Source: a virus. From it: DNA of 64,000 bases. The first letter of the stretch is position 1; every line of letters starts with the position of its first letter. Under the pieces are notes generated by a model that saw only the letters and a list, made by a program, of their open reading frames with translations, did not search any database and had not been told where the DNA came from. The position numbers and the translations under genes are program-made. This document shows positions 28,778 through 38,533 of this stretch, piece after piece. The stretch is taken from the IMG/VR virus record IMGVR_UViG_3300007735_000779, positions 3,334 to 67,333 of that record. One strand, 5' to 3'.

Positions 28778-29889
28778 GCTACGATTATAACAAACTTTCT
28801 GTAGGCAAACTAGATTATTCTTCAATAAGAAATAATTTAGTAAACTTTTTAAAGCAATATCCTCAGTTTACGAGTTATGATTTTGATAATAAGGCTTCTG
28901 CAATTAGCCTCTTTATAGACATCCTATCAACAAACACTGCATACAATGGGTATTATCTGCACTCGGTTCTTACAAATGCATTTCCAAGAACGGCTACGAC
29001 CAAACGAGGTTTGCTGCTAAATGCAGGAGTGCAAGGGGCATTCATAGCAGAAAGTATCTGTTCGCGTTGTATTGCAACTGTTACAAACCGCGAAGCTACA
29101 GCAATACCCAGATTCAGTGTGTTTACTGCCACCAGACCAAACGGTTCTCCTTGCTTCTTCTATAACCTTGAAGAAATTCCTGTCACAGAAATAGGTAGCA
29201 CCACAACAGTTACAATGCTTGGTGGTAAAAACGTAGCATCGTTGAGTACTTTTGATCCAGATAAACTTGTACTTGAGCTCCCTTCAATTTACGATCCAAC
29301 AGCCTTGATATTCAGTGATAGAGAAGCTAATGAAATATCAGGAGGATATGAAGACGTTTATTGGTCTCAGATAAGTAAATTCTCAAATTCTGCAATAGAA
29401 GGTACTTCTGGTAGAGTATTCACAGTCTTAAACGGACCAAATGCCTATTACGTCACTACAAACATCCCAGGAGCCCGAACTCCGACTAATTCTGTTACAG
29501 TTCAGGCCATAGAGTCTGCTGGAGCTCTGACCAATTCTGCAATAATTACAGCTGCCAGAGATTATACTAATGTAACAGTTGTGTCGCATACTGTTCCTTC
29601 TGGTGGAAGATCTTCGATCTCTAAAGATTACATCAGATCATATTCTGATTATGCAGGAAACACAAAAGATCGGTTAGTTACCGAGGACGATTACTTAAAT
29701 GCAGTTTATACGTTTTTACTTGCCAATAGTTTTACAGTAACAAAAACTGATATAACTATTTCAAGCCCAAGCGTAGGCGAAGTAAAAATTTACGTACCAA
29801 ACTTAACTTATGCGTTGCAACAATCGCTCATGGTAGATTATCTGGCTACAAGAAAGATGGCCGGTATAGTGCTTTCATACGGACAATAA
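28774..29889 (+). CDS. 6: Baseplate wedge gp6-like, shortened (371 aa)
   Basis: LDYSSIRNNLVNFLK...FTSYDF...IDILSTNT.YN and RLVTEDDY. Confidence 0.8.
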   Translation: MSYDYNKLSVGKLDYSSIRNNLVNFLKQYPQFTSYDFDNKASAISLFIDILSTNTAYNGYYLHSVLTNAFPRTATTKRGLLLNAGVQGAFIAESICSRCIATVTNREATAIPRFSVFTATRPNGSPCFFYNLEEIPVTEIGSTTTVTMLGGKNVASLSTFDPDKLVLELPSIYDPTALIFSDREANEISGGYEDVYWSQISKFSNSAIEGTSGRVFTVLNGPNAYYVTTNIPGARTPTNSVTVQAIESAGALTNSAIITAARDYTNVTVVSHTVPSGGRSSISKDYIRSYSDYAGNTKDRLVTEDDYLNAVYTFLLANSFTVTKTDITISSPSVGEVKIYVPNLTYALQQSLMVDYLATRKMAGIVLSYGQ

Positions 29890-29890
29890 C

Positions 29891-30496
29891 ATGCTTTTCT
29901 TCTTTAACAATGTTCCCGATTCCATAGAAACTGGAATAGACAGAATACAAAAACTCGTAAAATCTTTTTTACGTGAAAGCAATATTCCCGAAAAAGCATG
30001 GGATGGCGATAAAATTAATGTTAAGCAGCAATTTCCAGATTGGATTTTAGACGCATATAATACTTCAAATTCCGATGCGCCTGTTGTTGATTTCTTTATT
30101 TTTTATTATCGTTGGCTTTTTGATTTAGAAGATGGTTATGGTCTTGGATTTTATCTTGAAAGTCTAAGAGATCCCGTAAAGGTTCCAAATGATTTTTTGC
30201 AGGGATATGCAGATTATATTTTCTACGATCAACTAGACTTTGAAGAGTACCCAGAACTTCTTGATAATTTTAGAGGATTTTTGTTCAATTATCAAAAATA
30301 TTATGTTCCAATCAGAGGTACACCAGATGGTTTGGCATACGTACTCAAAGGACTCTTTGGTGTAACTTCGTTGGATGTAATAACAACATCAGGTGGGCGC
30401 ATCACGATACAGTCCGACTTGGACTCTACATATCAAGAACTGTTTAAAAAGATTGCGTGTCCTTATTCGTTTGAAATAACATTTATTGCTGCATGA
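29891..30496 (+). CDS. Short gp7-like wedge protein
   Basis: QQFPDWI...VDFF..YYRWL, RGTPDGLAYVLKGLFG; follows gp6. Confidence 0.55.
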   Translation: MLFFFNNVPDSIETGIDRIQKLVKSFLRESNIPEKAWDGDKINVKQQFPDWILDAYNTSNSDAPVVDFFIFYYRWLFDLEDGYGLGFYLESLRDPVKVPNDFLQGYADYIFYDQLDFEEYPELLDNFRGFLFNYQKYYVPIRGTPDGLAYVLKGLFGVTSLDVITTSGGRITIQSDLDSTYQELFKKIACPYSFEITFIAA

Positions 30497-30948
30497 TGAA
30501 TTTTTTAGAAAAATGTGTAAGCCTTGCAATGTCAATTGCATCAAAAGGTATAACAAATAAAAAAGTATTTCCAGAAGAAAAAAAATTAAGAGTCTTATCT
30601 TGTTTTGGAAATTCTGAAATACCACAATGTGAGCATCTACAAAAAAGCAAAGAACATGGTGGTCACTACTGTGGAGGTTGTGGTTGCGGAGACAAGAAGT
30701 ACACACAACTTTTAATTAATGGAACTCAGTATTCCAAACTTGACTATCCGTATTTAAAGTGCCCCATGAAGATGCCAGGGTTTTCAAATTATCAGCCTGC
30801 TAGCCCCAAAGAGGTAGCAGAAAATTCAAGAAAAGCACAAATAGAAGTTTTGGATATTTTAAAACTAGAAAATATTAAAATATCCAATCCAGATCCTTCT
30901 CCTGAAGAATATATGCTTTTTCACGAATTATCCAAAATTAAGGAATAA
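30493..30948 (+). CDS. Hypothetical Cys-cluster protein
   Basis: C..CEHL...CGGCGCG...LKCP. Confidence 0.6.
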   Translation: MMNFLEKCVSLAMSIASKGITNKKVFPEEKKLRVLSCFGNSEIPQCEHLQKSKEHGGHYCGGCGCGDKKYTQLLINGTQYSKLDYPYLKCPMKMPGFSNYQPASPKEVAENSRKAQIEVLDILKLENIKISNPDPSPEEYMLFHELSKIKE

Positions 30949-30972
30949 TAACTACTCCTAAATATTTTGGAT

Positions 30973-31776
30973 ATGGCAGAACCCACAAATAGAGAAGACT
31001 TTATCGATTATTGCAAACGCGCCCTAGGTGAGCCCGTTGTCACGGTGAACGTAGGAGCGACACAGGCGGATGATCGCTTGAACGATTGTTTGGGCTATTT
31101 GATGGAAAAGCACTTTGACTTTGTCCATAGAGCTCTTTTCAATCACAAGTTGACTCAAGCGGAGATCACTGCTGGGTTCATTGACACCGATTCTTTGGGC
31201 AGTGCATTGGGTGCAACTGGTGGATGGCCAGACGGTACTAATATTTTAACAATTAGCAAAGTATATCCCATAACTTCTACGGTAGGCGATTATATCTTTG
31301 ACCTGCGATATCAACTGTCCATGCAGGACTTCTTTGGTATTTTCTTTAATCAAGGCGTTGCTCCGTATGGTGCTCTGGCCAACTATGAGATGGCACGCAG
31401 CTACATGTCCACAATTGAGCATACTTTTGCGTATCCGTGCTCCTTCACTTTTTCCAAAGCAACATCTAGACTGTTCTTGGAAATAGGAAAGGATAGACTC
31501 AAGGCAGGAAATTATGTTTTGTTTGAAGCCTATGTTGCAATTGATATGGATAAGTATCCAAAAATTTGGAAAGACCGTATGTTCAAACGATATTATACGG
31601 CTATGCTAAAGAAACAGTGGGCGCAGAACTTGATGAAGTTTGCAAATGTTCCTTTGCCGGGTGGCGCTTCATTGAATGCTCCTGCCATGATGTCAGAAGC
31701 ATTAAAAGAAATAGAAGAGATAGAAGACAAGATAACAAAGATGTACGAACCACCTCCAGACATGCAGATAGGTTAA
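30973..31776 (+). CDS. 13: Neck protein gp13
   Basis: DYCKRALGEPVVTVNV, KKQWAQNLMKF, LPGG..LN, PPDMQIG. Confidence 0.92.
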   Translation: MAEPTNREDFIDYCKRALGEPVVTVNVGATQADDRLNDCLGYLMEKHFDFVHRALFNHKLTQAEITAGFIDTDSLGSALGATGGWPDGTNILTISKVYPITSTVGDYIFDLRYQLSMQDFFGIFFNQGVAPYGALANYEMARSYMSTIEHTFAYPCSFTFSKATSRLFLEIGKDRLKAGNYVLFEAYVAIDMDKYPKIWKDRMFKRYYTAMLKKQWAQNLMKFANVPLPGGASLNAPAMMSEALKEIEEIEDKITKMYEPPPDMQIG

Positions 31777-31777
31777 C

Positions 31778-32677
31778 ATGGCAATTAATCCCTACTTAGG
31801 CGACGATACCGGAGCACAGGATCTAGTTGAGTCAGTAACCATTGAAATAATCAAAGGAACTGGCCGGGATGTCGTCTACGTACCAAGACAATACGCAAAC
31901 CTTGATAGAATCTTTGGTGAAGACATAGGTTCATATTTTACAAACTCTTATACAATTGAAGCCTATGTAAACACATACAAGGGCTTTAATGGCAAAGATA
32001 TTGTAAACCAATTTGGCATTGAGGTAAAAGACCAGATTGAACTGACGATTTCTAAAAAGAGATTTGAAGAGGAAGTAACAGCAAATGATGCTGTAATGAC
32101 TCGTCCACGCGAAGGCGATCTTATTTATTTCCCACTCTCAAAAAGTCTGTTTGAAATCAATTTCGTAGAACACGAAAATCCATTTTACGCATTGGGCAAG
32201 AGATATACTTACTACTTGACCTGTGAAATGTTTACATACAGCATGGAAAAGATTGCAACAGGAAATACCGCAATCAACCAAATTTACGATACTTCATACA
32301 GAACATTCTACGACTTTGGAATATCCAGCTACAGTGGTGGAACATTCCATCAAGGACAATATGTCCGTCAAACTGGGGGTTCTGGTGGATTTGGTCAGAT
32401 TATTTTCTGGGATTCCGAACAGAATATTCTCACAATCGATATCACTGGCGGAACCTTCAGCGCAGCATATCCCATATATTCTCTTGGAGACACTGCTGGG
32501 GTATACAGCGGTGCCACAGGAAACGTCAGCAACATTGTTGCCAACAGCGCCAGATACATGTCATACGACCCAGCCAAAACACTCAAAGGAAACAACGAAG
32601 TCTTCGAACAAGAAAGATTCGCAAACAATGTTGTTCCGTTTGATGGCAAAGATCCATTCTCGGAGGGCAACTACTAA
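31778..32677 (+). CDS. 14: Neck protein gp14
   Basis: DVVYVPR, IFGED, RPREGDLIYFPL, FEINFVEHENPFYALG. Confidence 0.95.
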   Translation: MAINPYLGDDTGAQDLVESVTIEIIKGTGRDVVYVPRQYANLDRIFGEDIGSYFTNSYTIEAYVNTYKGFNGKDIVNQFGIEVKDQIELTISKKRFEEEVTANDAVMTRPREGDLIYFPLSKSLFEINFVEHENPFYALGKRYTYYLTCEMFTYSMEKIATGNTAINQIYDTSYRTFYDFGISSYSGGTFHQGQYVRQTGGSGGFGQIIFWDSEQNILTIDITGGTFSAAYPIYSLGDTAGVYSGATGNVSNIVANSARYMSYDPAKTLKGNNEVFEQERFANNVVPFDGKDPFSEGNY

Positions 32678-33327
32678 TGTTTCACCAATATTATGGAGGC
32701 TATCTCCGAAAGGTGGTTGTTGCATTCGGAACGCTATTCAACAATGTTTATGTTACGCACCCAGAAAACGGCGTAGACAAGAGCATTCGCGTTCCGCTTA
32801 CATATGCTCCAAAGGAAAAGTTTGTAAGAAGATGGTTGGAAGAATCTTCTATTAGCGATAATACCAAGGTTGGAATCCGTTTACCGCAACTTAGCTTTGT
32901 TATTTCACAGATTGCAGTAGACCCCTCCCGTAGAAGAAACAAAGTCAATAGCGATGTATATGATGTTCAGGACGGCGTTGGTAAAAAGATGTTTGTTGAA
33001 GTTCCAATAAACATAAATTTTAATCTTTACATATACACTCGCCATATTAACGATACCTTACAAATAGCCGAACAAATTATTCCATACTTTAATCCCGAAT
33101 TTAATTTAAAGATAAATTTTGGTGCAAATCGTGATGATATCACTGTTCCGCTTGTACTGATGAATAGTTTAAATTTAAATGAAAGATATGATGGCGACTT
33201 TAGTTCAAGACGGTTAAATATGTCTAGTCTTGGGTTTGTTGCCAAAGGTTACATGTTTGGTCCGGAGATTTCTGGCCTTGACATGATTGAAACCTTTAAT
33301 CTTGATCTTGAAAGTATAGATGAATGA
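32677..33327 (+). CDS. 15: Tail sheath stabiliser/terminator gp15
   Basis: VVAFGTLFNN, VPLTYAPKEKF, LPQLSF, QIAEQIIPYFNP. Confidence 0.95.
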   Translation: MFHQYYGGYLRKVVVAFGTLFNNVYVTHPENGVDKSIRVPLTYAPKEKFVRRWLEESSISDNTKVGIRLPQLSFVISQIAVDPSRRRNKVNSDVYDVQDGVGKKMFVEVPININFNLYIYTRHINDTLQIAEQIIPYFNPEFNLKINFGANRDDITVPLVLMNSLNLNERYDGDFSSRRLNMSSLGFVAKGYMFGPEISGLDMIETFNLDLESIDE

Positions 33328-33770
33328 AAGATGTAAATTCAAATTTAGAAACCTTTTTTGACATAACACCAAAAGAAACCACGGAAGTAAAAACCGAAAC
33401 AAAAAAAGGCATAACTGCTGCAGCAGGAGAAGATTATGTCTTTGCTAGGCAGAATCTTCGATCACTGATACAAACAGGATCAGAAGGCCTTGAAGGAATC
33501 TTGAAGGTTGCAATGGAATCAGACAGTCCACGCGCTTATGAAGTTCTTGCAACAACAATCAAGACGCTAGCAGAAATAAACGTAAACTTGATGGATGTTT
33601 CTACCAAGTTTGCAGATACAAACAAAGTAACTGTCAAAAATAACACAAATAATTCTATTTTTGTCGGAACAACTAAAGATCTACAAGCGTTGTTGAAAAA
33701 ACAACAACCAGAGTATGTTGAAGGTGAAGTACTAAATGAACAGACAAACAACAGGTTACCGGGCCAATAA
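33324..33770 (+). CDS. 16: Terminase small subunit gp16
   Basis: DY..AR.NL, ESDSPRAYEV, NNSIFVGTT.DLQ.LL. Confidence 0.93.
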   Translation: MKDVNSNLETFFDITPKETTEVKTETKKGITAAAGEDYVFARQNLRSLIQTGSEGLEGILKVAMESDSPRAYEVLATTIKTLAEINVNLMDVSTKFADTNKVTVKNNTNNSIFVGTTKDLQALLKKQQPEYVEGEVLNEQTNNRLPGQ

Positions 33771-35394
33771 CAGATTAAAGGCTCCCGGTGTAAATTTAAG
33801 TTACACCGAAGAAGAATTTAAAGATTATGTTGAATGTGCTAAAAATCCCATTCACTTCATACAAAAACACATAAAAATCGTTACCCTAGACAAAGGGTTG
33901 ATGCCATTTTCTCCTTATGATTACCAGAAGCGGTTTATTAATGAAATTCATAACAATCGATTTGTAATTTCTAAATTTCCTCGCCAAAGTGGAAAGTCAA
34001 GCTGCGTTCTGGGATATATCAATCATTACATAAACTTTAACCCAGATGTACGCGTTGCTATTCTCGCCAACAAGCAAAAAACAGCAACAGAATTGTTTTC
34101 TCGTCTTCAGCTGTCATATGAAAATCTTCCAATTTATCTGCAACAGGGCGTAGTGGAATGGAATAAGACATCGTTTAAATTAGAAAACGGTTCTAGCGTA
34201 ATGTGTGCGGCTACTTCTGCATCTGCAATCCGTGGTGGTTCTTATAACTTTCTCCTATTGGACGAGTTCGCATACTTGCCCCAAAACATTGCAGAAGAGT
34301 TCTACGCTTCAACCTACCCTACCATTTCATCTGGTACTACATCCAAGATCGTAATCGTATCCACTCCAAACGGACTGAACCACTATTACAACCTATGGGT
34401 GAACGCTTCTCGTCCCAAGGGACACCACCTTAAGAACAATTTCGTACCTGTTGAAATTAGCTGGCGCGAAGTTCCGTTGTATCCGGGTGGACCAAAACGT
34501 GGGGAAAAATGGAAAGAAGAGACAATTGCAAACACCAGCGAAGAGCAATTCAACCAAGAATTTGAATGTTCTTTCATTGGATCTTCCAATACGCTTATTT
34601 CTTCCTCTAAGCTCAATATTTTGGCTCCAAACGACCCTTTGGAAAAAGCCTCAGATGGATTAAAGATCTTTGAACAACCTACGGAAAGCGGAATTTATTT
34701 CCTATTAGCCGACGTTTCGCGCGGACAGGGAGCAGACCATTCGGCTTTTATAGTTGTCGAGGGAAGCCAATCTCCGTACAAAATTGTTGCTTCTTATCAA
34801 AATAACACCATTAGCCCATTTGCTTTTCCTACTACTATTAAGGCGGCTGCGGAAAAATATAGCAATGCTTATGTAATGGTAGAGGTGAATGACATAGGAG
34901 GACAGGTTGCTTCTATTCTTTATAATGACTTGGGCTATGAAAATATTCTTATGACACAGACCAAGGGCGTAAAGGGGCAAGTTTTATCCCAAGGATTTGC
35001 CAGAGGAAAGTCTGAATTTGGTATTAGAACTACGGCCCAGACCAAAAAAATTGGCTGTGCCGTTCTTAAACGACTAGTAGAAGAAGACAAAATATTCCTG
35101 AACGACGAACGTATTATAAGAGAATTGATGTCCTTTGTGTCAAAGGCAAATACCTTTAGGGCTGAGGATAACCAGACCGACGATTTGGTAATGTGTTTGG
35201 TATTCTTCTCTTGGCTAACACGACAGGAATATTATGCCGACTTGATTGAGACGGCAAAAGACAAATATTCTCAAAACGATACCAATCCAGAAGATGACAA
35301 TACGCTGTTTATGATGGGAAACAAAGACCGAGGAGCAGAAGAAATACCAAAAGAAGGATGGTCTGACGGTTCTGTAGTGTGGTACCCTTCATAA
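33736..35394 (+). CDS. 17: Terminase large subunit gp17
   Basis: PRQSGKS Walker A, LLLDEFA Walker B, VSTPNG, DVSRG, DDLVM. Confidence 0.97.
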   Translation: MNRQTTGYRANNRLKAPGVNLSYTEEEFKDYVECAKNPIHFIQKHIKIVTLDKGLMPFSPYDYQKRFINEIHNNRFVISKFPRQSGKSSCVLGYINHYINFNPDVRVAILANKQKTATELFSRLQLSYENLPIYLQQGVVEWNKTSFKLENGSSVMCAATSASAIRGGSYNFLLLDEFAYLPQNIAEEFYASTYPTISSGTTSKIVIVSTPNGLNHYYNLWVNASRPKGHHLKNNFVPVEISWREVPLYPGGPKRGEKWKEETIANTSEEQFNQEFECSFIGSSNTLISSSKLNILAPNDPLEKASDGLKIFEQPTESGIYFLLADVSRGQGADHSAFIVVEGSQSPYKIVASYQNNTISPFAFPTTIKAAAEKYSNAYVMVEVNDIGGQVASILYNDLGYENILMTQTKGVKGQVLSQGFARGKSEFGIRTTAQTKKIGCAVLKRLVEEDKIFLNDERIIRELMSFVSKANTFRAEDNQTDDLVMCLVFFSWLTRQEYYADLIETAKDKYSQNDTNPEDDNTLFMMGNKDRGAEEIPKEGWSDGSVVWYPS

Positions 35395-35429
35395 AAAATA
35401 GCTTATAAATACTAACGAGGAATACAAGT

Positions 35430-37319
35430 ATGGCTCTACCCACATCTAGCAGCTTTTTACCATCAGTCAATTCAAATCCGTTTTCAGATTTTATCAATCC
35501 AAACGTAAACACCGCTACTGGTGGACCAAGTGTTTTAAATTTTGAAAAACTCGCCCCATCTGCAGACATTACTCAGAGATTGCTTTGTGGGTTTCAGTTT
35601 GGCGCATATACTGCACCAACCCCCGTCGCAGGACCAACAGGATGCGGATTGGGAGCAATTTTAGAATTTATAGATTTTGTTAATAGCGATACTTATCTAT
35701 CTGGTGTTGTTACTCCAATTTCGTATAATGATGACTTTTTTAAATATACTACATTTTTTGTTAGAACGCCTGATGCATTGGTAGCAGCATTAAATACGCT
35801 TCATAATAACATAAATGAATATTTGTGGTATTTAGATCCTGCTAATACAGCGAGCACTGGTAGACCAGTTAGCACAAGAAATACAAATATATTTAATTTT
35901 TACAGTAAATACCTTTTTCCCGGCTCCTACAATTCTGCAAATTATTCTACTAACGATGACAAAATTGGTGGCGGAATAGTAAATGCATTTATAATTTCAG
36001 ACTCAGGTAGTTATCCAAATTGGACTTTGAGCAGAGCCGGTTACGAGTTTTATACACTATTAAATTATCTTTCTTATGGTGGAATGGCAGCAGTAAGTAC
36101 CAATGGTTGGCAGACATTGACTACTATAACTGATTTCAAAGGCAGTTCTGTACCTTTAACAAATGTAATTGTACCTACTGATGTGTATATACGGTTAGAT
36201 GCACTTGCTACTCTTGAGATGACTTCTTATCTTGATGGCCAAGGAATCACTGCGGCGGCTACAAATAACCAAGCAGTGTATGCTGGTGCAACATATTCAT
36301 ATGCCTCTGGAAATACATTTAATATTACCCAAGGCGTAACAGCATCTATTTTAAACAATACCTACGCAAATACTGTTGGAAGAAACAATCTTTTAAATGC
36401 GTTTTTAGATGTAGATGCCCCAAGGTACGGTCGAACTAGTAATGCCATCATCATACATGCAGGACTGTCCGGTGCAAACTTTAGCGTAGCACAGACTACT
36501 ACAAGTGGAGACTTTACAGATGTTTATCGCTATCCGGGATTTGATGGGCGCTCATCATTCTATCAAAATATACAAAATATTTCTGGATTGACTGCATATG
36601 TTCTTACAGCAGATCCATATCTGAATAGAACATTCTGCATAATGGGCAAAAAGCAAAAGACAATTTATTCTGAAAACTTTGGTGATCCAAATAACAATTA
36701 CTTTTTAACCATTGATCTTCCTCTGGTTAGTGATGTTGCCGGACTTTTGAACGTAGCAAAACAAAATGGCGCATTCTATGGTCCAATAACAGGCGGATCT
36801 GGAAAGTTCTTAAATTGTGATTCTGTTACACCAAATATAACTGCAAACTCAGCCCAAGCAACAACTCTAAAACAAAAAAGAATTAATTTTGCATCCAGTA
36901 CACCTTCTGGAATATGTTTGGGATCTGATCTTGTTGGAGTTACTGGATCCTATACAATAAACAATAGGTACGGAATAAGTTCGTTAAATCGTATAATAAA
37001 GACAAGAGCCGAGGGAATACTACAAACTCTTATTGATGCCCAAAGCACATCTTATAATAACGCATTTACAAGACAGACAGCAGTTTCTCGACTTACAGAT
37101 ATGGTATCGGAATATGCTTCAACTTATTTTAGAATGAATGATCCAGCACTACCATCCGCACCGGGTGGATATACAGTAGTATGCGACTCCACAAATGGAA
37201 ACGTAGATGGCGGAGCAATTTTATATGCAACTATTACATACTATCCAAAAGCTCCTGCATCTGGTGGTGTAAACTTAAGCGGAATTTCAGTAACAGTATC
37301 AGCAGTGGGAGATGTTTAA
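35430..37319 (+). CDS. 18: Tail sheath protein gp18, highly divergent
   Basis: Synteny between gp17 and gp19; LNYLSYGG; C-terminal NNAFTR...VVCDSTN...ATITYYP; TATAAATA at 35404. Confidence 0.7.
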   Translation: MALPTSSSFLPSVNSNPFSDFINPNVNTATGGPSVLNFEKLAPSADITQRLLCGFQFGAYTAPTPVAGPTGCGLGAILEFIDFVNSDTYLSGVVTPISYNDDFFKYTTFFVRTPDALVAALNTLHNNINEYLWYLDPANTASTGRPVSTRNTNIFNFYSKYLFPGSYNSANYSTNDDKIGGGIVNAFIISDSGSYPNWTLSRAGYEFYTLLNYLSYGGMAAVSTNGWQTLTTITDFKGSSVPLTNVIVPTDVYIRLDALATLEMTSYLDGQGITAAATNNQAVYAGATYSYASGNTFNITQGVTASILNNTYANTVGRNNLLNAFLDVDAPRYGRTSNAIIIHAGLSGANFSVAQTTTSGDFTDVYRYPGFDGRSSFYQNIQNISGLTAYVLTADPYLNRTFCIMGKKQKTIYSENFGDPNNNYFLTIDLPLVSDVAGLLNVAKQNGAFYGPITGGSGKFLNCDSVTPNITANSAQATTLKQKRINFASSTPSGICLGSDLVGVTGSYTINNRYGISSLNRIIKTRAEGILQTLIDAQSTSYNNAFTRQTAVSRLTDMVSEYASTYFRMNDPALPSAPGGYTVVCDSTNGNVDGGAILYATITYYPKAPASGGVNLSGISVTVSAVGDV

Positions 37320-37322
37320 TAA

Positions 37323-37895
37323 ATGGCAATGGATATTTCTACATTTAAAGCAGGATTTAATGGGGGAACTAGGGCCAATCGGTTTAATGTTGAAATACCA
37401 AACTGGCCAGCTGATATAGATTATGCTCCCACCGAACTATCGTATCATGCGGTTGCAGCTAAATTGCCCGAAAATGAATTAGGTAGCATACCTGTTCCTT
37501 GGATGGGCCGTGTAGCACACTTTGCAGGAGATAGAGATTATAAACCATGGACTGTGACTTTTATTGATGATTTGAGTTCTGGTGGTGGAAATAAACATCT
37601 TTGGCACGCATTTCATAGCTGGATGAATCTAATTAACTCCCACAAACAGAATACAACAGGCGATCAGACTTTTTCTAATGGAACTTTGTTAAAGAATATT
37701 GTATTTAATCAACTTCACGATCCAAGCGGTGGTACTACTACTACAGACCATAAGATAATAAGAACAATAACATTGAAACATGCGTGGCCTTCTGAAGTAA
37801 GCCAAATTAGCTTTGACATGGGAGAAGGCGGAAGTCTTATAAATTTTAGTGTAACATTTACATTTGATTACTATACAATAGACACAAACACATAA
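37323..37895 (+). CDS. 19: Tail tube protein gp19 (copy 1)
   Basis: GGTRANRF, VPWMGR..FAGDR.Y.PWTVT, HAWPSEVS.I, FSVTF.FDY. Confidence 0.9.
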   Translation: MAMDISTFKAGFNGGTRANRFNVEIPNWPADIDYAPTELSYHAVAAKLPENELGSIPVPWMGRVAHFAGDRDYKPWTVTFIDDLSSGGGNKHLWHAFHSWMNLINSHKQNTTGDQTFSNGTLLKNIVFNQLHDPSGGTTTTDHKIIRTITLKHAWPSEVSQISFDMGEGGSLINFSVTFTFDYYTIDTNT

Positions 37896-37911
37896 ATTAA
37901 TAGGACAATAA

Positions 37912-38493
37912 ATGAACATTAGTAATTTTAAAAATGGATTTAATGGAGGCACTCGCGCTAACAGATTTCAGGTTAGTGGTGGAATCGGACAAACAAGTAC
38001 TGCTAGCTCAACAAACGACCAAAATTATTATAAATTTCACGTAAGATCTACATTTATTCCTCCTGTTACCAATATTACATTAGAGATGCATGGATATGGA
38101 AGAAAACTTCATATTCCTGGGGATAGGCAATATGCGCCATGGCAAATGACCATTTATGACGATAGATCTGCAGGAACGGGAAGTGGCACAAATAGTGTAG
38201 AAACTATTCCAAATTTATGGAAAAAATTTGTAGCTTGGCAACAAACCATAAACCAACACGACAATAATACTACTGCAACTACAGCTCCAGGATTTTTAAA
38301 CTATAAAAATACTTGGGTATTAGAACATTTGGATTTAAACGGGAACCCAATTAAAACGATTACTTTGTACGGATGTTGGCCAAAAAGCGTCACGGATATC
38401 GATTTTAACATGACCCGAAGAAACTTTTTAAATACTTTTTCTGTTATTATGTTGTACGACTCTATGGAGATTGATGAAATCGTGGAGCCGTAA
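37912..38493 (+). CDS. 19: Tail tube protein gp19 (copy 2)
   Basis: GGTRANRF, GRKLHIPGDRQYAPW, GCWP.SV.DI. Confidence 0.85.
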   Translation: MNISNFKNGFNGGTRANRFQVSGGIGQTSTASSTNDQNYYKFHVRSTFIPPVTNITLEMHGYGRKLHIPGDRQYAPWQMTIYDDRSAGTGSGTNSVETIPNLWKKFVAWQQTINQHDNNTTATTAPGFLNYKNTWVLEHLDLNGNPIKTITLYGCWPKSVTDIDFNMTRRNFLNTFSVIMLYDSMEIDEIVEP

Positions 38494-38533
38494 TATCTGT
38501 TTATTTTGACTCTAAATATTGTGAAAGATCATT

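Noticed and set aside
32223-32855. 210-aa alternative-frame ORF over gp14/gp15
   Set aside because: No RBS or motif; unlike the MTase case, no known family precedent; explained by codon bias.
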